A stretch of DNA of 63,616 nucleotides, counting the filler, from Chiloscyllium plagiosum (taxonomy: Eukaryota), in the NCBI RefSeq assembly GCF_004010195.1. It is 5 parts of one record of this genome, joined end to end, with 100 filler letters (N's around TTAATTAATTAA, not from the genome) between each part and the next. Parts side by side here need not be neighbours in the genome. Positions count along the whole stretch, not along the records: positions 1 to 29,172 come from NC_057714.1; 4 more parts are not named here. One strand, 5' to 3'. Below are positions 1 through 12,077 of the stretch, in pieces. The position numbers and the translations under genes are program-made. The notes under the pieces are model-generated. The model had not been told where the DNA came from. It searched no databases and saw only the letters and a list, made by a program, of their open reading frames with translations. Each line of letters opens with the position of its first letter. Positions within the stretch are counted from its first letter, which is position 1.

Positions 1-442
1 ATTGCGGTCTCTAGAGAAGGAGGCCATCTGGTGTGTTCTATGGTGGAACCGCTCCTCCTGGGAGTTGATACGGCGGAGGCGGAGGAATTGGGAATAGGGG
101 ATGGCATTTTTGCAGGAGGTAGGGTGGGAAGAGGTGTAATCCAGGTAATTGTGGGAGTTGGTGGGTTTGTAAAAAATGTCGGTGTCAAGTCGGTCGTCAT
201 TAATGGAGATGGAGAGGTCCAGGAAGGGGAGGGAGGTGTCAGAGATGGTCCAGGTAAATTTAAGGTCAGGGTGGAATGTGTTGGTGAAGTTGATGAATTG
301 TTCAACCTCCTCGCGGGAGCACAAGGTGGCACCAATGCAGTCATCAATGTAGCAGAGGAAGAGGTGGGGAGTGGTGCCGGTGTAATTATGGAAGATGGAC
401 TGTTCTATGTAGCTGACAAAGAGACAGGCATAGCTGGGGCCC
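1..442 (-). mobile_element. Penelope-like element reverse transcriptase fragment
   Basis: Minus-strand open frame GPSYACLFVSYIEQ...FLCYIDDCIG...FHPDLKFTW...LPFLDL...DIFYKPT...YLDYTSSHP...IPYSQFLRLRRI; YIDD catalytic motif at 340-351; motif order typical of PLE RT and thumb. Confidence 0.9.
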
Positions 443-1431
443 AGTCTTCACTGGATCTCATCGATGCAGATGCCACTGATGCCATTGGGTACAGCACCCA
501 CCTGAACCCAACTCCGCCACCACCATGAGACCCCTTCGGGCCTACCTCACCAACAAGTCGCCTAACCTGGAAGACTCTAGAAGGTTCTGTGGAGAGCATT
601 CTCACAATGTGCCAGAACATTTTTCACAAACCCACAACAGTGTTGACAGCCATGGAGTTTATTGATTGAAACACAGAAACATAGCAAGGTTCCATAAAGA
701 GAGGACAAATTATCCCACCCACAGGGACCCACTGCTAAAACCAGAGTTGGAATTTGAATTACAATCCATGCAGTTAATGATTTCTGAATGAGAGACAATA
801 ACATGCCTTTGGACTGCTCACAGCACTGTACAAGATTCTTTGATCTGACTGCTGAACCTCAGATATTTCATCGTAAACTGACATCTGATTTTCCATTTTC
901 AGGTCCACACCTAATGACAGGCTCATGTGGAGGGCGGGGGAGGTGGGTTGGGATAGAAAGTTCTGGAGAAACTCAACAGGTCTGGCGGCGTCTCTGGGAA
1001 AACAAACGAAAATAACGCCTCGAGTCAAAACAGGATTCTTTTCTCAACGAAATGCTGCGAAATGTTTCCTACTGGCAGGGTGAGAGGGCAGGCTCTCTGA
1101 GGTTACCCACCCTGGAATAAGGAACTGAAAACTGGTGTCTCTGATCTGCTAATCTAATCTCGCCAGCTCTGCAAACTCCTGGCCCAGACTGAATCCAGAT
1201 CTGAAACTCTAGAATGAGTAAAGTATATCACTTCATGTGTACACTACAAAATCCAGATGGACCCCTGCTCTAAACAAATCATTATAATTCCAGGCACAGC
1301 TCCAACAATCACTTGTCAACTAAGGTAATTCCGAAATTTTGACTGTGACTTGATTTATACTGAGGTTCATTGAAAATGTAAGTGTCAGTAGCACGATATA
1401 TATACACACGGAACAAGGCATTCCGTAGATC

Positions 1432-1924
1432 TGGGCCACCCGGACGAACCAACCCAACCAACCTGTGGCACAGCATTTCAACTCCCCCTCCCACTCCACC
1501 GAGGATATGCAGGTCATTGGACTCATCCACCGCCAAACCACAACAACACGACGGTCGGAGGAGGAGCGTCTTATCTTCCGACTGGGAACCCTCCAACCAC
1601 AGGGGATGAACTTGGACTTCACCAGTTTCTTCATCCCCCCTCCCCCCACCTTGTCTCAGCCCGGCACCGCCTTCCTGACCTGCAGTCTTCTTCTTGACCT
1701 CTCCGCCTCCATCCTACTCCGACCTATCACCCTCACCTTGACCTCTTTCCACCTATCACATTTCCAACTCCCCTCCTCCAAGTCCCTCCTCCCTACCTTT
1801 TATCTTCTCCTGCTGAACACTCTCTGCTCATTCCTGAAGAAGGGCCTGTGCCCGAAACGTCGAATCTCCTGTTCCCTGGATGCTGCCTGACCTGCTGTGC
1901 TGTTCCAGCAATAAAGTTTAACCA
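1432..1924 (+). mobile_element. 5'-truncated Penelope-like element (GIY-YIG endonuclease C-terminus plus 3' pseudo-LTR)
   Basis: Peptide AQHFNSPSHSTEDMQVIGL...EERLIFRLGTLQPQGMNLDF; downstream hammerhead core and AATAAA; flanked by direct repeat ATTCCGTAGATC at 1420-1431 and 1925-1936. Confidence 0.85.
1830..1865 (+). ncRNA. Minimal type I hammerhead ribozyme motif (PLE-associated)
   Basis: ATTC-CTGAAGA-A-GGGC-CTGT-GCCC-GAAA-CGTC-GAAT: CUGANGA and GAAA cores, 4-bp stem II, ATTC/GAAT stem I. Confidence 0.75.
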
Positions 1925-2164
1925 ATTCCGTAGATCATACAAAGTTAGTTCAGCCAAAGGTGTGCTACGTGCTCACTTTGGAGAGGATGTGGTTGCATCT
2001 GAGAGAGTGCAGAAGAGATTAAACACAGACGTTTGAAACAAAAGCAGAGAAACTCCACAGGTCTAGCTTCATTTATAGAAAGAGAAGCCAGAGTTAAGGT
2101 TCCAACTCCTGTGACCATTCATCAGAGCTGACACTCTCCAGCATTTCGCTGGTTTTGTGTCAGA

Positions 2165-2730
2165 CTGGAGTTGGGACGTCACATTGAGGTTGTACAGGAC
2201 ATCGGTCAGGCCTCTTCTGGAATAATGTGTCCAGTTCTGGTCGCCCTGTTACAGGAAGGAGATTGTTAAACTAGAGAAGGTTCAGAAAAGCTTTATCAGG
2301 ATGTTGCATGGTTTGGAGAGTTTGAGTTATAAGGACAGGCTAAATAGGCTGGGACTTTTCATTCACTGGAGTGTAGGAGGTTGAGGGATGATCATAAGGA
2401 GTACAGGTAAGGTGATTGGAAGGTGTCTCTTCCCAAAGGGGGGTGGATTTCAAGACTGGCAGGCATATTTTTAAGACGCGAGGAGAAAGATCTAAAAAAG
2501 ATATGAGGGGAAATATTTTTACACAGGGAGTGGTTTGTGTGTAGAATGAACTTCCAGATGAAGTTGTGGGTGCAGATACAGTTACAACGTTTAAAAGGTA
2601 TTTGGATAAGAACTGTTTAGAGGTATATGGGCCAAGTGCAGTGAGGTGGGCGCATTTAACTTGGGATTACAGTCAGCGTGCACTGGTTGGACCAAACAGT
2701 GCGTTTCCATTCTGTTTGACTCTATGACTT
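2165..2730 (+). mobile_element. CR1 LINE 3' fragment
   Basis: Degraded ORF2 C-terminus (LYRTSVRPLLE...QFWSP...WNELP-like) ending in a GACTCTATGACT-type tail. Confidence 0.8.
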
Positions 2731-2794
2731 TATTTCCAGCATCTGCTATTGTCTGTGTTTACTTTACTAGGAAGTTGCATGGGGTTGGAACAAT

Positions 2795-3930
2795 TCAACT
2801 ATAAAGAGACACAGGATAAGCTGGGATGGCTTTCCTTTGAACAGAGGTTGAGGAGGAGGGGGAAACTTGATTGAGGTGTACAATATCCACAGAAGGTACA
2901 AAAAAACCAAAGAAAACTTACAGCCCAGGAACAGGCCCTTCGGCCCTCCAAGTCTGAGCCAATCCAAATGTACTGTCTAAACCTGTTGGTCAATTCCTAA
3001 GCATCTGTATCCCTCTGCTCCTCACTTACTCCTGCATCTGTCCAGATGCATCTTAAATGAATCTACCGTGCCTGCCTCTACCACCTTTGCTGGCAACGCG
3101 TTCCAGATGCCCACCACCCTCTGTGTGAAGCACTTACCGCGCGTTATCCCCTTAAACTTTCCACTTCTCACCTTGAAAGCATGACCTCTCGTTATTGAAT
3201 CCTTCGCCCCGGGAAAAAGCTTGTCTCTATCCACCCTGTCTATACCCTTCATGATTTTATAAACCTGAACCAATGTCTTGTACAATTTTAACATGACTTG
3301 CCAGCTCTTATACTCAATACCCCGTCCAATGAAGGCAAGCATACTATATACCTTCTTGAGCACTCTATCCACTGTGCAGCAACCTTCAGGGTACAATGGA
3401 CCTGCACTCCCAGATCTCTCTGCCCATTAACTTTTCCCAAGGCTCTTCCATTCATTGTATAATTCGCTCTAGAATTAGTCTTGCCTAAGTGTATCACCTC
3501 ACATTTGTCTGGATTGAAAGCCATCTGCTACTTTTCCACCCAACTCTCCAGTCTATCTATATATCCTCCTGTATTCTCTGACAGTCCCTTATGCTTTCTG
3601 CCACTCTACCAATAGAGACAAGGTAAATCAGGAGAAACCTTTCCCCTTCAGTACAGGGGTCAATAACCAGGGGCCACAGTTTTAAGATAAGGAGCAGGGG
3701 GTTTAGAGGGGATTAGAGGGGAAAAAAACAATCACCTGAAGGCTAGTGGGAGGTCACTGCTGAAAAGGGTGAGACAGGCTGGAACCCTCAAGTCATGTCG
3801 ATGAGCACTTGAAGCACCACAGAATACAAGGCTATGGGCCAAGAGCTGGAAAATGGGATGAGAATAGACAGATATTTGGTGACCTGCAGGGACACAATGG
3901 GCCAAAAGGCCTCATTTGTGCTGTAAGAAC
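2795..3930. mobile_element. Nested CR1 fragments: a minus-strand copy (about 2900-3613) inserted in a plus-strand copy
   Basis: Minus ORFs 3022-3396 and 3288-3524 (FNPDKCEVIHLG...QRDLGVQVH...FTQRVVGIWNALP); plus-strand CR1 3' sequence on both sides. Confidence 0.75.
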
Positions 3931-4280
3931 TTCATCAGAGCTACGTCTGTGTTTAGCAGATGAGATCAGCCATGGCTTGTTTAATGACTGAGCAGACTCG
4001 ATGGGCTGAATGGCCTACTTCTGTTCCTATGTCTTATGGTCTTTTGTTCCAAATGAGCCTCCTCCCACCCCCCTCATTATCAGGTTCTCTTCCATTCAGT
4101 CTCCCTCATGTGGGACTAGCTTTCTCCTTGCACATTCTCACTCTGTTTTCCTCGTTGGGTGAAAGTACACTGAAACATAGGAGCAGGAGAACTCCGTCTG
4201 ATCGGTCATTATTGCTCAGGGCTGGTCACTTACCTCAATCCCATATTCCTCAATCTAATTAGTCTCTAGTCATGCATTAC

Positions 4281-4930
4281 AGAGTCATAGAGATGTACAG
4301 CATGGAAACAGACCCTTCAGTCCAACTCATCCATGCTGAACATATATCCCAATCCAATCTGGTCCCATTTGCCAGCACTTGGCCCATATCTCTCCAAACC
4401 CTTCCTATTCATATATATAACCAGATGCCTTTTAAATGTTGTCATTGTATCAGCTTCCGCCACTTCCTCTGGCAGCTCATTCCATACACGTACCACCTTT
4501 TGTGTGAAAAAGTTGTCCCTTAAGTCCCTTTTAAATCTTTCCCCTCTCACCTTAAACCCATGCCCTCTAGTTTTGGACTCCCCTACTCTGGGGAAAAAAA
4601 CCTCGTCTATTTACCTTATCCATGTCCCTATTTTACCCCATAAGTCCCTTTTAAATCTTTCCCCTCTCACCTTAAACCCATGCCCTCTAGTTTTGGACTC
4701 CCCTACTCTGGGGAAAAAAAACCTCGTCTATTTACCTTATCCATGTCCCTATTTTATAAACCTCTATAAGGTTACCCCTCAGCCTCCCCCTTTCAGGGAA
4801 AACAGCCCCAGCCCATTCAGCATCTCCCTATAGCTCAAACCCTCCAAGCCTGGCAACATCTTTTCTGCACCCTTTCAAGTTTAACAACATCTTACTTATA
4901 GCAGGGTGACCAGACCTGAATGCAGTGTTC
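4281..4930 (-). mobile_element. CR1 LINE 3' fragment with an internal 120-bp tandem duplication
   Basis: ORF 4317-4550 [29 protein letters not shown]; block at about 4518-4632 repeated at about 4638-4753. Confidence 0.85.
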
Positions 4931-4941
4931 GATTCCTGTCT

Positions 4942-5130
4942 AGGAGAAAGTGAGGACTGCAGATGCTGGAGATCAGAGCTGAAAACGTGTTGCTGGAAAA
5001 GCGCAGCAGGTCAGGCAGCATCCAAGGAACAGGAGGACTCCTGAAGAAGGGCTCATGCCCGAAACGTCGATTCTCCTGCTCCTTGGATGCTGTCTGACCT
5101 GCTGTGCTTTTCCAGCAACACGTTTCCAGC
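4942..5130. mobile_element. Short fold-back PLE-derived element with hammerhead core (5041-5068, +)
   Basis: Inverted arms; CTGAAGA-AGGGC-TCAT-GCCC-GAAACGTC; flanking direct repeat TCGATTCCTGTCT at 4929-4941 and 5131-5143. Confidence 0.8.
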
Positions 5131-6454
5131 TCGATTCCTGTCTGCCAATTTCATAATGACTGTGGTTCCAGCAGCATCTGGGCTGGAGGATATCAAAGAT
5201 TCACGGTCCCTCTCAGGGAAGGATTCCTCCTCATCTCAATCCTGAATGACAGGATTTTGTTTTGGAGACTTTGTCCCTTGTTCTAGACCAGACAGCTGGG
5301 GGAAACCACCCCTTCTACATCTACACTGCCTATCCGTACTAGTAGTTTCTACGTTTCTATGATGTCCTCTAAAAACATGATTTCGTTTGTCAAACACAAT
5401 TTCTTCTTCATAAATCCTTGCTGGTTCCACCTAACTCTGAGATTTGTTTTCTAAGTATACAGTAAGCACATCCATAGTAACAGTATTTTCCCTGAAACTG
5501 ATGTCAGTCCGGCCAACAGAAAGTGTGGTTTCCTGTATTCTGACATGGTTTTGCTTGAATGAGTGGGATTAAATTTCCAACCTTTCACACTGCCAGCACG
5601 TTTTTGCACAATTAATTGAAGATTGAGAGACAACCACAATTTGTCACCCCAAGGTGAAGGTCATCAGCTGTTGGAGAACTATCAGTACCATCCATTTCTC
5701 CAGTATTACCTTTTGTTTAAAAAAAGACTGATTTATTTCAGTTCCACACTCTCTCTAGACTCTTGGATTTTAATTGTGTCAAGTTTAAGGTGAGGAGTAA
5801 GTGTCTGAGGAAAGAATTTTTCACACCCATAGGGTGGAAGAAATATGGAAGATGTTGCCTGAGAGGGTGGTGGAGCCAGATACACTACAGCATTTAAGAA
5901 GCATCAGGATGAACACTTAAAATGCCCCAGGGCACTGTCAGTTACGGACCAAATGCAGGGAAATGGGATTAGTGCAGTTTGGTGGTTGTTGGTCAGCACA
6001 GACATGGTGGGACGAAGGGCCTGTTTCTATGCTGTGAGACTTTATGATTATCTGACACTTCTTCTGCAAAGGCAAACACAATGTGCCTTCTCAAGGGCAA
6101 CTGGGGATAGACAATAAATGCTGGCCCAGCCAGCGATGCCAACATCCCGCAAATGGATTTAAAATGATTCAGCTTCTCTTCTATTGTTCTGTTTCCGGTC
6201 ACTGTCTGTAAAGGATATATACATTTATCTTTGTTATTGTTTTAATTTTACTTTTCACAAACCCATGAAAGCTTTTACTCTCTGTTTTTATGTTTCTTGC
6301 TAGTTTAGATTCACAATCTATTCTCCCTTTCGTTATCAATTTCTTGGTCCCCACGGAAATTCCAGAATTCTCTCAATCCACAGCCTTACTTTTTTTCTGG
6401 AAATTTAATAAACCTCCTGGATTGTTCTAATGCAACCTTTAACTTCCCCTGCAT

Positions 6455-7445
6455 TATGGACCAGGCCAGGCCTACTCAAAATATTTGAAGAAGGTAGCCT
6501 CGACCCTAACTTTTCTTATTTTAAGGGAGATGTGAAGTGCTGTGGTATGGATGCGATGCGACTGGTCAAACTACAGAGGGACCTCAATTATCCAAATGAC
6601 ACAAGTAGAGAGCATTTTGTTCAGATAATCGAATGTCCGGATAATCGAATGCTGGATAATACAGTTTTGCCAAGCATTGGGACCTTGCGATCTTGTCTGG
6701 ATAATCCATAATTCAGATAATTGAATGCCGGATAATCAAGGCTCCTCTGTACTCGATGCTAAAAAAAACACAATTTATTTAAACACAATAATTACAAACA
6801 AAAGAAAGAATAATTTAGAATAACAACTATTGGAACATTTAAACAAATAATAGATACAGTACCCATTACTAATTAACTGTTCTGTAGTAGCATCCAATAT
6901 AGTAACATCCAATAAACACAGCCCTTGGCAAAAAGGCAAATTCAGACACAGATTGTCACATGCAGTTCTCCAATCCAGGAGGAAACAACATCAAGACAGC
7001 ATCTTTTCTGCAAGCTTATCTGTAGCAGGGAGACCAGACCTGAATACAATATTCAATTCCTGGAATTTTATAATGACTATGGTTCCAGCAGCACCTGGGC
7101 TGGAGGATGCCAAAGAGTCACGGCCCCTCTCAGGGAAGGATTCCTTCTCATCTCAATCCCAAATGACTTGATTTTACTCAGAGAGTGTGGAAGCTAGGGC
7201 ACATCCACTGAAGCTTCTTTTGAGACCCTGAACAGCTTATGATGTTACTGAAAAAAAAACAAAACCCAGAAATCTGGATTTTGAGAACCCATTCAGGTTG
7301 TGCCCATTGTTCCAAGTTTAAAAATAAAACCTGAAGGCCTCCGAAATTGTTTATGTAAGACATCTTCAGGAGTCAACTTGGTACCTCTGCCTTACAACCT
7401 CTGTTCAAAATCAAAACCCAGGACTAAAGAATTGTTTAAAGTGAC
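6455..7445. mobile_element. Probable solo LTR (interrupted by a MITE and a local duplication)
   Basis: Non-coding block ending in TGACA that resembles LTR-type repeats; family not confirmed. Confidence 0.35.
6574..6749. mobile_element. Tc1/mariner-pogo (Tigger-like) MITE
   Basis: TA|CAGAGGGACCTCAATTATCC ... GGATAATCAAGGCTCCTCTG|TA: imperfect TIRs, TA target duplication, internal repeated GGATAATCGAATG motif. Confidence 0.75.
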
Positions 7446-7667
7446 AAACACGCCTTGTTAGCCTTCACTCTCCCACTCTTCCTGTCGAATAGTTTTACCT
7501 TAAAGCGATGTGCGGTTTTTTTTATCAAATTGGAAGCTGGTTTCTGTGTTGGATATCGTGGAGGGAGATGGTTCATCAGAGGAATGTTGTGAGAGCCAGG
7601 TTTGTGGCATTGCAACCGGTTCAACAGCAAAGATGACTGGGGAGAAGAGGGGCAAAGGAAATAGTAA

Positions 7668-8007
7668 ACTCATGAAGGGCATGGATGGGGTAAATAGACA
7701 AAGTCTTTTCCCTGGGTTGGGGGAGTCCAGAACTAGAGTTTAGGGTGAGAGGGAAAAGATAAAATAGAGACCTAAGGGGCAACGTTTTCACGCAGAGGGT
7801 GGTACGTGTATGGAATGAGCTGCCAGAGGAAGTGGTGGAGGCTGGTACAATTGCAACATTTAAAAGGTGTTTGGATGGGTCTATGAATAGGAAGGGTTTG
7901 GAGGGATATGGACTGGGTGCTGGCAGATGGGACTAGATTGGGTTGGGATATCGGGTCAGCATGGACGGGTTGGACCGAAGGGTCATGCTGTACATCTCAA
8001 TGACTCT
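7668..8007 (+). mobile_element. CR1 LINE 3' end
   Basis: MKGMDGVNRQSLFPG...[16 protein letters not shown] sequence with tail. Confidence 0.85.
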
Positions 8008-8399
8008 CGGGGATGATTTGATTGGGATCAAGCAGACATCTTTGTAACCCCATGTGACTCCAGGATGGTATGTTGTCCTTGGTGCGAGGGTCAAGGATAT
8101 CACATAGCAGCTGCACATCATCCCTTTGGGGGCAACCCAAAGACCCTGAGATTGGAGCTGGGTCCACTTTGGCATCAATAACATGGGTAGAAAGAGGGAG
8201 GAGATCCTGCAAGTAGCATTTGGGGAGTTAGGAAAGGGACTGAAATCAGGACCTTCAAGGTAGTAATAGCAGGAGTGCTTCCAGGCTCAAGTGCTCATGA
8301 GTTTAAAAAGAGGAGGAGTGAGTGAGTGAGTGAAGGTATGGCTGGAGAAGTATTGCAGGAGAGAAGGCTTTAGCTTTCTGGGACAGAGAGAGATCAGTT

Positions 8400-9225
8400 G
8401 GGGCAACACTGTGGCTCAATATTTGGCACTGCTGTCTCACAGCGCCAGGGACCTGAGTTCAAGTCTACCTTCGGGCATTTGTCTGTGTGGAGTTTGCAAT
8501 TCTCTCTGTGTCTGTGTGGGTTTCCTCCGGGTGCTCCAGTTTCTTCCCAAAGTCCAAGGATGTGCAGATTAGGGTGAATTGGCCATGGGAAATTGCCTGT
8601 AGTGTCCCAGGATGAGCAGGTTGGGTGAATTGGCCATGGGAAATTCCCTGTAGTGTCCCAGGATGAGCAGGTTGGGTGAATTGGCCATGGGAAATTCCCT
8701 GTAGTGTCCAGGGATGAGCAGGTTGGGTGGATTGGCCATGCCAAATTGCCCATTGTGTCCAGGATGTGCAGGTTAGGGGGATTGGCCATGGGAAATTGCC
8801 TGTAATGTCCAGGAATGTGATTGGCCATTGGAAATTGCCTGTAATGTCCAGGAATGTGCAGGTTAGGTGGATTGGCCATGGGAAATTGTCTGTAATGTCC
8901 AGGAATATGCAGGTTAGGTGGATTAGCCATGGGAAATTGCCCATAGAGTCCAGGGATATGCAGGCTAGGTGGATTGGCCACAGGGAATGTAGGGAGACAG
9001 TGAGATCTGCAGATGCTAGAGATCAGAGCTGAGAGTGTGTTGCTGGAAAAGCACAGCAGGTCAGGCAGCATCCAAGGGGCAGGAAAATTGACATGTCTGG
9101 CTGGAGCCCTTCATCAGGAATGCAGGGTTACAGAAATTGTGTAAAAGGCCATGTCTGGGTGGGATGCCCTTTGGAGGTTTGGTGTGGACTCAATGGGCTG
9201 AATGACCTGCTTCCACATTGTAGGG
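8400..9225 (+). mobile_element. HE1-type SINE with internal tandem expansion and a PLE insert (about 8990-9121)
   Basis: tRNA-like head GTGGCTCA...GAGTTCAAGTC, body TGTGTGGAGTTTGCA...GGGTTTCCTCCGGGTGCTCC, CR1-like tail near 9180-9225. Confidence 0.75.
8557..8985 (+). repeat. About 51-bp minisatellite derived from the HE1 SINE body, about 9 copies
   Basis: GGCCAT-like anchor recurs at 8581, 8632, 8683, 8734, 8784, 8823, 8874, about 8925 and about 8975. Confidence 0.85.
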
Positions 9226-10282
9226 ATTCTGGGGCAGATGGGACCCAAACAGGGAGGGTAGGTTACAGGACTGGGGACTAGTATCCGAACAGGGGAACTG
9301 CTCGCCCTGTTGGGGTGGATGGGATGGGGATCAGCTAGAATAAGCAAATAAAGCTGGTTATGAGGGACCGCAGAACAGAAGAAGAAAGCATTGGAAACAA
9401 ATCCTAGAATGAGTCAGGATCAAATTACAGAACTGTCTCAAGAAGGCAGAATCAAAAACAGAATACATGCAGTGCTGGCAAATTGATATCACCACGAGAG
9501 GCAAAAGGATATCAGAGTGTCCCACAGAGACACGTTGGCCATGGCTGGGAGCTGGATTTCAATGGATCTTGTATAGTGAGGGGGTATAGACAGTGAAAGG
9601 AGTTGGATTGTGCTGATAGTAAGAGACAGTGTTTGATTGAGAGAGTATCTCTGATCAGAACAGGACTGTTCAGGTTGAGCTGAGAAACAGTGAGGGGCCA
9701 TGGTGATGTAGGGCATGGCTTTAATGAGGACATTAGGGGTGGATATCGCTAGGCGAATGCAGTAATCTTGAGTCCTGACCATCTACAGGTGCATTGTCAA
9801 TGACCTTCCCACCGTCTGTCAGGTGAGGAGAGAATTGTTCAGGATTTGGAATGTGCTGCCTGGGACAATAATACAAGTGGTGGGTTCTGTAGGAACTTCC
9901 AAAAGATGAAAGTGATGAGTTTAGAGGGCTATGAAAATAGGGCTGGAGAGTGGGACGAGCTGGGTAGCTCTTTCAGGAGCCAGTACAGACATAATGGGTC
10001 GAATGGCCTCCTTCAGTACTGTAACGTTCTATGACTCAGTGATTCCAAGTGGGGATGTTCACTGATGATTGTACATGTTGAGGAACACAATGCCTTGCAG
10101 CCATCCATTCTGTCTCTGCCTGCCTGGTCCTACTCTGCCTTGATGACTCTTTTGTTAAACATGTTTCCTCCATGGATTTCAGCGTTGTGATGTGTCATGG
10201 TAACTCCATTTGTGTTTCAAAACTTGGAGCTCTTCCTGCTCATAGGTTCCTCCTCCTCCCGGTGTTGCAGCCGGCTGGTCTC

Positions 10283-10906
10283 TGGAAAGCAAATCTTAGC
10301 GTGACTTATACACTTAATGGTAAGGTCCTGGGGAGAGCTGCTGAACAAAGAGACCTTGGAGTGCAGGTTCATAGCTCCTTGAAAGTGGAGTCGCAGGTAG
10401 ATAGGATAGTGAAGAAGGTGTTTCGTATGCTTTCCTTTATTGGTCAGAGTATTGAGTGCAGGAGTTGGGAGGACATGTTGTGTCTGTACAGGACATTGGT
10501 TAGGCCATTGTTGGAATATTACGTGCAATTCTGGTCTCCTTCCTATCGGAAAGATGCTGTGAAACTTGAAAGGGTTCAGAAAAGATTTACAAGGATGTTA
10601 CCAGGGTTGGAGATTTGAGCTGTAGGGAGAGATTGAGTGGGCTGGGGCTGTTTTCCCTGGAATGTCAGGGTTGAGGGATGATCTTATAGAGGTTTATAAA
10701 ATCATGAGGGGCATGGATAGGATAAACAGACAAAGTCTTTTCCCTGGGGTGAGGGAGTCCAGAACTAGAGGGCATAGGTTTAGGGTGAGAGGGGAAAGAT
10801 ATAAAAGGGACCTCAGGGGCAACGTTTTCCACACAGAGGGTTGTACGTGTATGGAATGAGCTGCCAGAGGAAGTGGTGGAGGCTGGTACAATTGCAACAT
10901 TTAAAA
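10283..10906 (+). mobile_element. CR1 LINE ORF2 3' part, running into a gap
   Basis: YTLNGKVLG...QRDLGVQVHSSLKV...LYRTLVRPLLEYYVQFWSP...LERVQKRFTRMLPGL. Confidence 0.9.
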
Positions 10907-11610
10907 NNNNNNNNNNNNNNNNNNNNNNNNNNNNNNNNNNNNNNNNNNNNNNNNNNNNNNNNNNNNNNNNNNNNNNNNNNNNNNNNNNNNNNNNNNNNNN
11001 NNNNNNNNNNNNNNNNNNNNNNNNNNNNNNNNNNNNNNNNNNNNNNNNNNNNNNNNNNNNNNNNNNNNNNNNNNNNNNNNNNNNNNNNNNNNNNNNNNNN
11101 NNNNNNNNNNNNNNNNNNNNNNNNNNNNNNNNNNNNNNNNNNNNNNNNNNNNNNNNNNNNNNNNNNNNNNNNNNNNNNNNNNNNNNNNNNNNNNNNNNNN
11201 NNNNNNNNNNNNNNNNNNNNNNNNNNNNNNNNNNNNNNNNNNNNNNNNNNNNNNNNNNNNNNNNNNNNNNNNNNNNNNNNNNNNNNNNNNNNNNNNNNNN
11301 NNNNNNNNNNNNNNNNNNNNNNNNNNNNNNNNNNNNNNNNNNNNNNNNNNNNNNNNNNNNNNNNNNNNNNNNNNNNNNNNNNNNNNNNNNNNNNNNNNNN
11401 NNNNNNNNNNNNNNNNNNNNNNNNNNNNNNNNNNNNNNNNNNNNNNNNNNNNNNNNNNNNNNNNNNNNNNNNNNNNNNNNNNNNNNNNNNNNNNNNNNNN
11501 NNNNNNNNNNNNNNNNNNNNNNNNNNNNNNNNNNNNNNNNNNNNNNNNNNNNNNNNNNNNNNNNNNNNNNNNNNNNNNNNNNNNNNNNNNNNNNNNNNNN
11601 NNNNNNNNNN

Positions 11611-11826
11611 CTCTCTCTCTCACACACACTCTCTCTGTCTCTCTCTCTCACACACACATTGCTGTCTCTCTCTCACACACACACACTCTCTGTCTCTCTC
11701 TCTTTCACACACACACACTCTCTGTCACTCACGCTCTCTGTCTCTCTCTCACACACACATGCTCGCTCTGTCTCTCTCTCACACACACTCTCTCTGTCTC
11801 TCTCTCACACACACACACACACACTC
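11611..11826. repeat. Compound (CT)n/(CA)n microsatellite
   Basis: Alternating CT and CA tracts next to a gap. Confidence 0.95.
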
Positions 11827-12026
11827 TCCGCCCTACTCCCTCCCCTTTCAGTTCTAACCGATCCAATTTCGGGTCGGGTTCCCTGAGCAGCCTTCCCACT
11901 ACAGAAGTAGCTGTCAGGCGAAGCAGATACACACACACACGCCGCGCTCTGCGCTCTGGAGCAGAGTGTGCAAACAATTAACGCCGGATTTTCCGCCTGT
12001 CCACTGGAGCTGCCAGACTCTCTGAA
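11827..12026 (+). promoter_or_regulatory. Putative proximal promoter / 5' UTR
   Basis: Non-repetitive and CpG-richer than the flanks; CCGCCC GC-box near 11828; lies directly upstream of the candidate first coding exon. Confidence 0.4.
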
Positions 12027-12077
12027 ATGGACCGACCCTTTCTCCAGCTCGCCTTGTGTCTACTCTTGTCCCCACTG
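12027..12077 (+). CDS. Candidate first coding exon (signal peptide MDRPFLQLALCLLLSPL), possibly of the class B1 GPCR
   Basis: GAAATGG start context (A at -3, G at +4); 17 codons with a hydrophobic core; consensus phase-0 donor CTG|GTAAGT; similar length and phase to first coding exons of VIP/PACAP/GHRH receptors (recalled). Confidence 0.6.

Larger units (their letters stand above)
8040..9780 (+). mobile_element. Degraded CR1 5' region (ORF1 esterase and ORF2 endonuclease start) interrupted by an HE1 SINE and a PLE fragment
   Basis: Resembles the CR1 ORF1 at 42487-42962 (e.g. WLEKYCRREGFSFLG vs WLERWCRREGFRFVG). Confidence 0.55.

Noticed and set aside
31..528. 165-aa plus-strand ORF
   Set aside because: Antisense shadow of the minus-strand PLE reverse transcriptase
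8394..9071. 225-aa repetitive ORF
   Set aside because: Translation of the HE1-derived 51-bp minisatellite
10665..11886. Long ORFs through N runs (also near 33075-34199, 38311-39203 and 61161-62393)
   Set aside because: Their length comes from assembly gaps
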